Shown here in pieces: positions 44,759-53,003 of a stretch of DNA of 64,000 nt. The stretch is from an uncultured Clostridia bacterium (GTDB lineage Bacteria; Bacillota; Clostridia; Christensenellales; CAG-917), in contig CAKQUV010000002.1 of NCBI GenBank assembly GCA_934277615.1, positions 98,855-162,854 on the forward strand, in the 5' to 3' direction. The position numbers and the translations under genes were made by a program. The notes under the pieces are model-generated. The model did not search any database. It worked only from the letters and a program-made list of their open reading frames with translations, and had not been told where the DNA came from. Each line of letters begins with the position of its first letter. Position 1 is the first letter of the stretch.

Positions 44759-45511
44759 ATGTTTGGAAAGAAGAAAAAACAGGCAAAACTTGAACAAGAG
44801 CAACGCGAAAAAGAACAACGCGAGTTGGAACTTGCTCAACAACAAGCGGCGCAAAGAGCGGCAGAGGCTGCAAAAGAGGAAGAAAACAACGGCAAGATTT
44901 ATCTTGAAAGCGAAATCATCGACGACGATGAGGACGACAATTCTCTTCCCAAAGAGTATGAGTCTATCGCTTATATTTTGAAACAAGAAACGGGCGAAGA
45001 TTTGCTTGCGCAACCCGTTGACGACGACGTGGAAGAAACTCCGCTCCAAGAAGTCAAAGAAGAAGTTGCGCCTGTCGAAGAAAAGGCTGAAGAGAAGGTT
45101 GAAGAACCCGTAGCGCAAGAGCCTGTAAAAGAAGAGGCGCCGACCGAAGAGACAGCCGAAGAAGATGTTGAAGAGACCGAAGAAGAGGCAGAAGAAGAAG
45201 TCGAGGAAGAGGCTGACAAAGAGGAAGCTCAAGAAAAGACCGAAATCGCGCCGCAAGAACAAAAAGAAGAAGTGGTGTATATCGTGGACGGTCCGAGCGA
45301 GGACGACGACGAGATTGTTAAACCTGCAAAACTTGTCAAACTCCCCAATCTTGTGGACTACATGCTCTCTCAAAACATGTCCAAACAAATGAAGATAAAC
45401 ATTGCGACGTTGCTCCTTTCCACGTACAACAAGTACAAGGATATCCCTGCGGAAAAGAAGATTATCATCCAATGTATGGCAAAGGTTATGAGATCTCTCA
45501 TTCAAGGCTGA
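44759..45511 (+). CDS. soluble acidic protein with the same conserved C-terminal domain (paralog 2)
   Basis: GGTGAGGA SD. K/E/Q-rich N-terminus, acidic middle, and a C-terminus VVYIVDG..DDDEIVKPAKLVKLPNLVDYMLSQNM.K.MKI.IA..L..TY.K......KKIIIQC..KVMR.L. Confidence 0.65.
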   Translation: MFGKKKKQAKLEQEQREKEQRELELAQQQAAQRAAEAAKEEENNGKIYLESEIIDDDEDDNSLPKEYESIAYILKQETGEDLLAQPVDDDVEETPLQEVKEEVAPVEEKAEEKVEEPVAQEPVKEEAPTEETAEEDVEETEEEAEEEVEEEADKEEAQEKTEIAPQEQKEEVVYIVDGPSEDDDEIVKPAKLVKLPNLVDYMLSQNMSKQMKINIATLLLSTYNKYKDIPAEKKIIIQCMAKVMRSLIQG

Positions 45512-45566
45512 TAGAATATCGATTTGACAAGATAGTACATTGGTTTTCAACAAATTTTAGCAATGG

Positions 45567-45597
45567 AAAAGCCCGAATATGCGTTCGGGCTTTTTTG
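45567..45597. terminator. bidirectional intrinsic terminator
   Basis: AAAA-GCCCGAA tatgcg TTCGGGC-TTTTTT. Confidence 0.8.
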
Positions 45598-45647
45598 ATT
45601 GCGTTTTTGCGATTTTTGCGGTATCTAACCGACTTGATTTGCGCAAG

Positions 45648-46601
45648 TCATTTGAGCATTTTCTTTTTGGCAAAAATGACGATAAGCGCGATGCAGATGG
45701 CAATGTTTATGCCGACGACAACCCAGAATCCCCACAGTTTGCCCTCGAAAGGAACGCCCGTATTCATGCCCCAAAGAGCCGCTATCATTGCAGGGGTATC
45801 GATGAGCAGAGTAAGCACTGTGAGCGTTTTCATGACAACGTTGAGGTTGTTGGAAATGATAGACGCATAGGTGTCCATGGTGCCGTTGAGAATGTCGCGG
45901 TAGATGTTGGACATCTCGATTGCCTGACGGTTTTCAATAAGCACGTCGTCCCACAAATCCTCGTCCTCTTCAAAGAATTTTATCATGCGAGGAAATTTGT
46001 CCAAAACGGCTGTGTTTGCACGCAGGGAAGTCGAGAAATAGACGAGTGATTTTTCAAGCGAAAGCATTTCCACAAGACCTTCGTTTTTCATCGCCTTTTC
46101 AAGCTCTGTCTGGACGCGTTGGCTTGCGCGGTCTATCTGTTTGAGGTATTGCAAATACTTCTTTGCGATGACGTATTGAAGTTGCAGTAAAAAGCGAGTG
46201 CGCTTGTGGATGTTGAAATCCTTGACGTATCTGCCTGCCATAAGGTCGTTGATGACGGACGTTTCGTTGAGGCACACGGTTACGATTGTGCTGTCCGTGG
46301 TTACGCAGCCGAAAGGCAGGGTGGCGTAGGTGTATTTATCGTCGTCCTCTTCCGTGATAGGAATGTCGGTAACGACCATCATAACGCCGTCGTCCTTTTC
46401 GCAGTGAGCGCGCTCTTCCGAGTCCAACGCGGCTTTGATATATTCTTCGGGTATTTTTGTACGCGAAGATACCAACTCGATTTCCTTGTCGGTCGGGTTG
46501 GACATATGCACCCATTGGTCGGTGAAGTCGTACTCCTCGGTGATTTCTTGCGGATCGACTTCGATAACGGATTTGTTGATTTTCTTGTAAACTTGGATCA
46601 T
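45648..46601 (-). CDS. corA: CorA family magnesium/cobalt transporter
   Basis: GMN signature (ALWGMNTGVPFEG) followed by the last TM helix. ATG 46601 is preferred over the track start 46625. Confidence 0.88.
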   Translation of the reverse strand: MIQVYKKINKSVIEVDPQEITEEYDFTDQWVHMSNPTDKEIELVSSRTKIPEEYIKAALDSEERAHCEKDDGVMMVVTDIPITEEDDDKYTYATLPFGCVTTDSTIVTVCLNETSVINDLMAGRYVKDFNIHKRTRFLLQLQYVIAKKYLQYLKQIDRASQRVQTELEKAMKNEGLVEMLSLEKSLVYFSTSLRANTAVLDKFPRMIKFFEEDEDLWDDVLIENRQAIEMSNIYRDILNGTMDTYASIISNNLNVVMKTLTVLTLLIDTPAMIAALWGMNTGVPFEGKLWGFWVVVGINIAICIALIVIFAKKKMLK

Positions 46602-46946
46602 AATCGGTTCTCCCGAGCATAGCAAAAGGCATTGCGTCGAGAGAACTCAAACGCGATGCTTATTGGTGGATTTGTTGACTACTTCCAGGGTCAGCGTCCA
46701 TAATTTTTGCACCTCTAAAACGTGTTTTGATACATTAAGTTTAACAAAAAAATCTTGCAGGCGCAACAAAAATGCGAAAATAAAAAATTTTTGTGTCGAC
46801 CGTGTTATTTTGTCGAAAATTTGCGCACTTTTTAGGAAATTTGTATAACAGTTTTTATATTATGTATTATTTTTTCTTGCAAAAAGGCGCACGTTTTGTT
46901 ATCATTATTGCAGTATAACAAAGAAATCTTTTAGGAGGAATTCTAA

Positions 46947-49592
46947 ATGGGCAAAAAATACGTTTATCAGTTTGCCGAAGGCAATGCAAAAATGCGTGAA
47001 CTTCTCGGCGGTAAAGGCGCAAACCTCGCAGAAATGACCAACATCGGTCTTCCTGTTCCTTACGGTTTCACGATTACGACGGAAGCTTGCACTCAATATT
47101 ATGAGGACGGCAAACAAATCAACGACGATATCAAAGCGGAAATCATGGAAAATATCGCCAAACTCGAAGAAAAAGCGGGTATGAAATTCGGCGATAAAGA
47201 GAATCCGCTTCTCGTCTCCGTTCGTTCGGGCGCAAGAGCGTCCATGCCCGGTATGATGGACACCATCCTCAACCTCGGTCTCAACGACGACGTGGTTGAA
47301 GTTTTGGCAAAGAAATCCGGCAACGCAAGATGGGCTTGGGACTGCTACAGACGTTTCATCCAAATGTTCTCCGACGTTGTTATGGAAGTCGGCAAAAAAT
47401 ACTTTGAGGCTCTTATCGACGAGCTCAAAGAGAGAAAGGGCGTTACTTACGACGTAGAACTTACCGCAGACGACCTCAAAGAGCTCGCAGGCAAGTTCAA
47501 AGCAGAGTATCAAGAGAAGATCGGCAAACCCTTCCCGTCCGATCCGAAGGAACAACTCTTCGAAGCTATCAAAGCAGTTTTCCGTTCTTGGGACAATCCG
47601 CGCGCAAACATCTATCGTATGGACCACGACATCCCGTACAGCTGGGGTACCGCAGTCAACGTACAAATGATGGCATTCGGCAACATGGGCGACGATTGCG
47701 GCACAGGCGTTGCATTCACACGTAACCCCGCAACCGGCGAACCCGGTCTTATGGGCGAGTTCCTTATGAACGCACAAGGCGAGGACGTCGTCGCAGGTGT
47801 TCGTACCCCGATGCCCATCTCCAAGATGGCTGAGGTTCTTCCGGAAGTCTATGTACAATTCCAAGACGTGTGCAAGATTTTGGAAAACCACTACAGAGAT
47901 ATGCAAGATATGGAGTTCACAATCCAACAAAAGAAACTCTATATGTTGCAAACAAGAAACGGCAAACGTACCGCAGCTGCTGCAATCCGTATCGCATGCG
48001 ACCTCATCGACGAGGGTATGATTACAGAGAAAGAGGCACTTTTGCAAATCGACGCAAAGACTCTCGACATGTTGCTCCACCCGCAATTTGACGCAAAAGC
48101 GCTCAAAGAAGCAGACAAGGCAAACGTGGTCGGCAAAGGTATCGCGGCATCTCCGGGCGCTGCGGCTGGTACAATCGTGTTCACCGCTGAAGACGCAGTC
48201 AAAGAAGGCAAGGCAGGCAAGAAAGTCGTCCTCGTCAGACTCGAAACTTCTCCGGAAGACATCGAAGGCATGAAATATGCACAAGGCATCCTCACCGTTC
48301 GCGGCGGTCAAACCTCTCACGCGGCGGTTGTTGCTCGCGGAATGGGAACCTGCTGCGTTTCCGGTTGCGGCGATATCAAGATGCATGAAGAAGAAAAATA
48401 TTTCGAGCTCGCAGGTAAGACCTTCCACGAGGGCGACGCACTCTCCTTGGACGGCTCCACGGGCAACATCTACGATATCATGATCAAGACTGTTCCGGCA
48501 GACCCCAACAGCGGTTATTTCGGAAGAATCATGAAACTCGCAGACAAATACAAAGCGCTCGGCGTTCGCACAAACGCAGATACGCCTGCTGACGCACAAA
48601 GAGCAGCTGAACTCGGCGCACAAGGCATCGGTCTTGTCCGTACAGAGCATATGTTCTTCGGTCCGGGCAGAATCGACAAGTTCCGTGAGATGATTTGCTC
48701 CGAAACCGTTGAAGAGCGCGTCAAAGCACTCGACGCAATCGAGCCGATGCAACAAGCAGACTTCGAAGGTTTGATGGAAGCTCTCAAGGGCATGCCTGTT
48801 ACCATTCGTTTCTTGGATCCGCCGCTCCACGAGTTCGTCCCCACGGAAGAGAAGGATATCGAGGCTCTCGCAAAAGCAAAAGGCAAATCCGTATCCGAAA
48901 TCAAGATTCTTTGCGACAGCTTGCATGAGTTCAACCCGATGATGGGCCACAGAGGATGCCGTTTGGCAGTTACGTATCCCGAAATCGCGGTTATGCAAAC
49001 CAAAGCGGTTATCAAGGCTGCTATCAACGTCCAAAGACGTCATCCCGATTGGAAAGTCGAGCCTGAAATCATGATTCCGCTCGTCGGCGAAGTCAAAGAA
49101 TTGAAGTATTGCAAGAAGACGGTTGTCGAAACCGCAGACGCAGTCATCAAAGAAAGCGGCGTTGACCTCAAATACGAAGTCGGCACGATGATCGAAATCC
49201 CCAGAGCGGCTCTCACCGCTGACGAAATCGCAAAAGAAGCCGATTTCTTCTGCTTCGGTACAAACGACCTTACCCAAATGACGTTCGGCTTCAGCCGCGA
49301 CGACGCAGGTAAGTTCTTGCCCAGCTACTATCAAGCAAAGATTTACGAATCCGATCCGTTTGCACGTCTTGACACAGTCGGCGTCGGCAAGCTCATGAAG
49401 ATGGCAGTTACGCTCGGCAAGGGCGCAAACAGCAAGTTGCACTGCGGTATCTGCGGTGAACACGGCGGTGATCCTTCTTCCATCGAATTCTGCCACGAAA
49501 TCGGTCTCGATTACGTATCTTGCTCACCGTTCAGAGTACCTATCGCAAGATTGGCAGCTGCACAAGCAAACATCAAGAACCCGAGAAACTAA
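46947..49592 (+). CDS. ppdK: pyruvate, phosphate dikinase
   Basis: 881 aa with GGKGANLAEM, the phospho-His loop GGQTSHAAVVARGMG and a C-terminal PEP-utilizer TIM barrel. AGGAGG SD. Confidence 0.95.
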   Translation: MGKKYVYQFAEGNAKMRELLGGKGANLAEMTNIGLPVPYGFTITTEACTQYYEDGKQINDDIKAEIMENIAKLEEKAGMKFGDKENPLLVSVRSGARASMPGMMDTILNLGLNDDVVEVLAKKSGNARWAWDCYRRFIQMFSDVVMEVGKKYFEALIDELKERKGVTYDVELTADDLKELAGKFKAEYQEKIGKPFPSDPKEQLFEAIKAVFRSWDNPRANIYRMDHDIPYSWGTAVNVQMMAFGNMGDDCGTGVAFTRNPATGEPGLMGEFLMNAQGEDVVAGVRTPMPISKMAEVLPEVYVQFQDVCKILENHYRDMQDMEFTIQQKKLYMLQTRNGKRTAAAAIRIACDLIDEGMITEKEALLQIDAKTLDMLLHPQFDAKALKEADKANVVGKGIAASPGAAAGTIVFTAEDAVKEGKAGKKVVLVRLETSPEDIEGMKYAQGILTVRGGQTSHAAVVARGMGTCCVSGCGDIKMHEEEKYFELAGKTFHEGDALSLDGSTGNIYDIMIKTVPADPNSGYFGRIMKLADKYKALGVRTNADTPADAQRAAELGAQGIGLVRTEHMFFGPGRIDKFREMICSETVEERVKALDAIEPMQQADFEGLMEALKGMPVTIRFLDPPLHEFVPTEEKDIEALAKAKGKSVSEIKILCDSLHEFNPMMGHRGCRLAVTYPEIAVMQTKAVIKAAINVQRRHPDWKVEPEIMIPLVGEVKELKYCKKTVVETADAVIKESGVDLKYEVGTMIEIPRAALTADEIAKEADFFCFGTNDLTQMTFGFSRDDAGKFLPSYYQAKIYESDPFARLDTVGVGKLMKMAVTLGKGANSKLHCGICGEHGGDPSSIEFCHEIGLDYVSCSPFRVPIARLAAAQANIKNPRN

Positions 49593-49610
49593 TCGAATTA
49601 TCGACTTTGA

Positions 49611-49638
49611 AAACAGCCGTTGCAAAACGGCTGTTTTC
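49611..49638 (+). terminator. intrinsic terminator of ppdK
   Basis: AAACAGCCGT tgcaaa ACGGCTGTTT-TC. Confidence 0.8.
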
Positions 49639-49697
49639 ATACCCGAAAGGCGTTGATTGAATGATTGCTACGGCTATTAACGCCGAATTTTGCAAAA

Positions 49698-50471
49698 ATG
49701 GAAAACGAAAATAAATACATTTTTATCTCGCACTCGCACGCCGATTTGGCAAAAGTGAGGCTGGTGCGCAATACGTTTGAGAATAGGGGATATGAGCCGA
49801 TTTTGTTTTATCTCCATTCTTTATCTGACGAAAACGAAATAACGGATTTGATAAAGCGTGAAATCGACGCGCGTCTTTGGTTTTGTCTGTGCGATTCGCA
49901 GAACGCAAGAAAAAGCCGTTGGGTGCAAAGCGAATTGAATTACGTGAAAGAACAGGGCAAAAGAACGCTTGCGACAATAGATCTTGACAAGATTGGTGCG
50001 CTTGGGGTTGCCGAACAATGCAGAATAGTAAATCTGACAGTCGACAGCTTTTCTCGTGCGAATACCGTGTTTTTGTCGTATATGAAAAACTCGGCGGTTG
50101 AGGCTAAAAAGATAGGAATGACTTTGGAAGAATTTGGATTTGACGTGCCGCTGTTGCATATGCATAATCAGCTATTTCAATGTTTTGAAGATAACGTAAT
50201 TGAAAGCAATATTGAGAAATGCGACTACTTTTTTATTGTGATAGGGCAAAATTGCGCAATCAACCATTGGGTTCTTAACGAGTGGTATTTGGCAAGGCAA
50301 TTAGGAAAAATTATCATTCCGATTTTTCTTGACAAAGAAGCACTTTTAAACACGCCCGGAGAGTTGTTGGAGTGGTCATATGTATTGTGGAATTTTGACA
50401 ATCCGATCGAATCGGTAAAAGCGTTGATAAACGTAATACCGATCGGCGATACGCGCCCCGTAAACGATTAA
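49698..50471 (+). CDS. tandem TIR-domain protein (two TIR_2-like domains, no other domain)
   Basis: Domain 1: YIFISHSHADL...WFCLCDSQNARKSRWVQSELNYV. Domain 2: VFLSYMKNS...YFFIVIGQNCAINHWVLNEWYLARQLGKIIIPIFLD. Both keep the (F/L)(I/L)S(H/Y) strand and the W-x-x-x-E motif. First ATG is 49698 (track start 49665 is TTG). No SD. AT-richer than its neighbours. Confidence 0.75.
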   Translation: MENENKYIFISHSHADLAKVRLVRNTFENRGYEPILFYLHSLSDENEITDLIKREIDARLWFCLCDSQNARKSRWVQSELNYVKEQGKRTLATIDLDKIGALGVAEQCRIVNLTVDSFSRANTVFLSYMKNSAVEAKKIGMTLEEFGFDVPLLHMHNQLFQCFEDNVIESNIEKCDYFFIVIGQNCAINHWVLNEWYLARQLGKIIIPIFLDKEALLNTPGELLEWSYVLWNFDNPIESVKALINVIPIGDTRPVND

Positions 50472-50667
50472 TCGTTGACGGCATGGAAAGCGTCGGAATT
50501 GTGTCATAATATCAGGGCATTTGACCTTAAAAGTTACCAAATATTAATCCATAGAGTTGTTATTAATATATATCATCAAATTTAACGCTAAAATAATGCA
50601 CGCGCATACGCACGCACGCATTTATATATTCGGATTGCGCGCCGCGTCTTTCGTTTTTCGGTTGCTC

Positions 50668-50819
50668 GGGGTATTTGCGCTGCCTGAGCGGAAGACAGAC
50701 GAGCGATAAATCCCCAAGACTGAAGAAGAGGAACGATAGGACGCAATAGAGAAATTTTTATCGGTTTATAAAAGACAAAATGTGCGTTATATCGACGGTT
50801 TTCGGGGCGCAAAATACCC
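50668..50819. other. long-range inverted repeat enclosing ~125 nt in an otherwise unexplained 400-nt non-coding region
   Basis: GGGGTATTTGCGC (50668-50680) pairs with GCGCAAAATACCC (50807-50819) with one bulge. An inner pair is CGATAAA (50703-50709) with TTTATCG (50756-50762). No convincing ORF. Confidence 0.35.
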
Positions 50820-50875
50820 ATCGTGTATTTGGTAAAAATTTTTTATTAAAAAAGTAAAATAGGGGCGATTTTCGT

Positions 50876-50905
50876 TTGACAGAGGCAGTTTTTTTTGGAT
50901 ATAAT
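50876..50905 (+). promoter_or_regulatory. xpt promoter
   Basis: TTGACA (50876-50881), 18-nt spacer, TATAAT (50900-50905). Confidence 0.55.
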
Positions 50906-51001
50906 GCCCATATCATTCAAGAGCAAACCAAATCGCAACGCACAACCGACGGGGGAAAAATTACCGTAACGCCACTAAATATTGTGGTAAAGGAGCGCGC
51001 T

Positions 51002-51574
51002 ATGAAGATTTTGGAGGAGCGCATCTTGAGGGACGGAAAAGTCCAGGCGGGCAACGTCCTCAAAGTTGGCGGATTTCTGAATCATCTTATCGACTATCAA
51101 TTGTTGGACGAGATCGGAAAGGAAATTTCTGCGCTCTTTTGCGGGCAAAAAATCACCAAAATTCTGACAATCGAAGCATCGGGTATAGCCATAGCTTGTG
51201 CAGCCGCACACTATGTCTGCGCACCGGTGCTTTTTGCTAAGAAAAGCAAGACCATAAACATATCCTCGGACTGCTACTGCGCCGAGGTTTATTCTTTTAC
51301 GCACCAAGTTTCCAAAATGATTATGGTGGAAAAAAGTTTTCTCACCAAAGACGACAAGGTGCTTATCGTCGATGACTTTTTGGCAAACGGCGCCGCTATA
51401 AACGGGCTTATGAGCCTTGTCGAGCAAGCCGGCGCGGAACTTGTGGGATGTGCAGTCGCAATCGAAAAAGGTTTTCAAGGCGGTGGCGACGAATTGAGAG
51501 CAAAGGGTATAAACGTCCAAAGCCTCGCGCTTATCGATTCTATGGACGACGGAAAAATCACGTTTAGAAACTAA
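51002..51574 (+). CDS. xpt: xanthine phosphoribosyltransferase
   Basis: MKILEERILRDGKV..GNVLKVGGFLNH and the PRPP-binding loop VLIVDDFLANGAA. AAGGAG SD. The track N-terminal extension starts at the -35 box and is rejected. Confidence 0.9.
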   Translation: MKILEERILRDGKVQAGNVLKVGGFLNHLIDYQLLDEIGKEISALFCGQKITKILTIEASGIAIACAAAHYVCAPVLFAKKSKTINISSDCYCAEVYSFTHQVSKMIMVEKSFLTKDDKVLIVDDFLANGAAINGLMSLVEQAGAELVGCAVAIEKGFQGGGDELRAKGINVQSLALIDSMDDGKITFRN

Positions 51575-51642
51575 CGCAATTTACGCCAAAGTGGCGTGAA
51601 TATAGAAAAATGCCGAAAAGGCAAAATTTTAAGGAGACACAC

Positions 51643-52905
51643 ATGAAAAAGAAAGTATTTGCAATGATTCTTTGCTTGGCTCTCGTAACCGCTTTGGTTA
51701 TCGGTTTGGTTGCTTGCAACAACGACGAAGACGCGAAAGAAATCGAATTGCCCGCTTATGACGGAATCGTCAATCCCGATTATTCCGGCGTAACGATCAA
51801 GAGCGATTTCAAGATTGGCGTCATCTGCTTGCACGACGATTCTTCAACTTATGACAAGAACTTTATCGACGCTGCAAAAAAAGCAATCTCCGAGCTCGGT
51901 CTCACCAGCGATAACATCATCTTCAAAACCAACATTGCGGAATCAAACAAGTGCAAAGACGCAGCAGTTGACCTCGTAGATGCAGGTTGCGACGTTATTT
52001 TTGCAGACTCTTTCGGCCATGAATCTTTCATTAAAGAAGTTGCGGCTGCCAATCCCGGTGTTCAATTCTGCCACGCAACAGGCGTTATGGCTGCTTCCAG
52101 CGGACTTGACAACTTCCACAATGCGTTTGCTTCCATCTACGAAGGTAGATACCTTGCAGGCGTTGCGGCAGGTCTCAAACTCAACGAAATGATTGCAAAC
52201 GGCACTATCAAAGAAAACGAAGCAAAAATGGGTTACGTCGGCGCATTCACATACGCAGAAGTTATCTCCGGTTACACCGCATTCTACCTCGGTGCAAAAT
52301 CCGTTTGCCCCAGCGTAACGATGGACGTTAAGTTCACGGGTTCTTGGTATGACCTCACCGCAGAAAAAACCACTGCAGAAGCTCTCATTGAGGGTGGTTG
52401 CAAACTCATCAGCCAACACGCAGACTCTATGGGCGCACCGTCCGCATGCGAGCAAGCAGGCGTTCCCAACGTGTCCTACAACGGTAGCACGTTCGTTGCT
52501 TGCCCCGACACTTTCATCGTTTCTTCCAGAATCGATTGGACGCCTTACTTCAAATACATCATCACTCAAACCGCACAAAACTTGGCAATCGACGACGATT
52601 GGACGGGCACTTTGGCAACGGGTAGCGTAGTTCTCACCAACCTCGGCGGAAAAGCCGCTGCGGCAGGCACGGTTGGCAAAATCGTCGAAGTGAGAAAACA
52701 ACTCGCAGAAGGCACTCTCCAAGTTTTCGACACAAGCAAATTCACGGTTAACAACGAAAAGGTTACGAGCTTCAAAGTTGACGGACAAGAAGTTATCGAA
52801 AACGGTATTTTCAAAGAATCCTTTGTCCGTTCCGCACCGTACTTCGAATACAAGATTGACGGAATTAATCTCCTCAACGTCGAATACGGCAAAAGCAACG
52901 ACTGA
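51643..52905 (+). CDS. BMP-family (PnrA/Med-like) nucleoside-binding lipoprotein of an ABC importer
   Basis: MKKKVFAMILCLALVTALVIGLVAC lipobox and BMP-type periplasmic binding fold pattern. AAGGAG SD at ATG 51643. Confidence 0.85.
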   Translation: MKKKVFAMILCLALVTALVIGLVACNNDEDAKEIELPAYDGIVNPDYSGVTIKSDFKIGVICLHDDSSTYDKNFIDAAKKAISELGLTSDNIIFKTNIAESNKCKDAAVDLVDAGCDVIFADSFGHESFIKEVAAANPGVQFCHATGVMAASSGLDNFHNAFASIYEGRYLAGVAAGLKLNEMIANGTIKENEAKMGYVGAFTYAEVISGYTAFYLGAKSVCPSVTMDVKFTGSWYDLTAEKTTAEALIEGGCKLISQHADSMGAPSACEQAGVPNVSYNGSTFVACPDTFIVSSRIDWTPYFKYIITQTAQNLAIDDDWTGTLATGSVVLTNLGGKAAAAGTVGKIVEVRKQLAEGTLQVFDTSKFTVNNEKVTSFKVDGQEVIENGIFKESFVRSAPYFEYKIDGINLLNVEYGKSND

Positions 52906-53003
52906 TTAAGAGTATATCTCGAGCATAGCGGAGCAAAAACTCCGCTATGCCGATTTATAGGCAAAAGCGCGTAAGGCGCATATTTTTATTTTTTGGAGAT
53001 AGC

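Noticed and set aside
46905-49496. 863-aa minus-strand ORF antisense to ppdK.
   Set aside because: Shadow ORF for the same reason. PPDK on the plus strand is unambiguous.
50588-50821. 77-aa minus-strand ORF in the region downstream of the TIR gene.
   Set aside because: It has no SD and a highly basic low-complexity product, and it spans the long-range inverted repeat. It is kept only as part of the unexplained non-coding region.
50862-50885. GGGGCGATTTTCGTTTGACAGAGG resembles the 5' end of tmRNA (GGGG..GAUUCGACAGGG).
   Set aside because: The downstream sequence is the xpt promoter, leader and coding region. No tag ORF, pseudoknots or tRNA-like 3' end is present, and the TTGACA is better explained as a -35 box.
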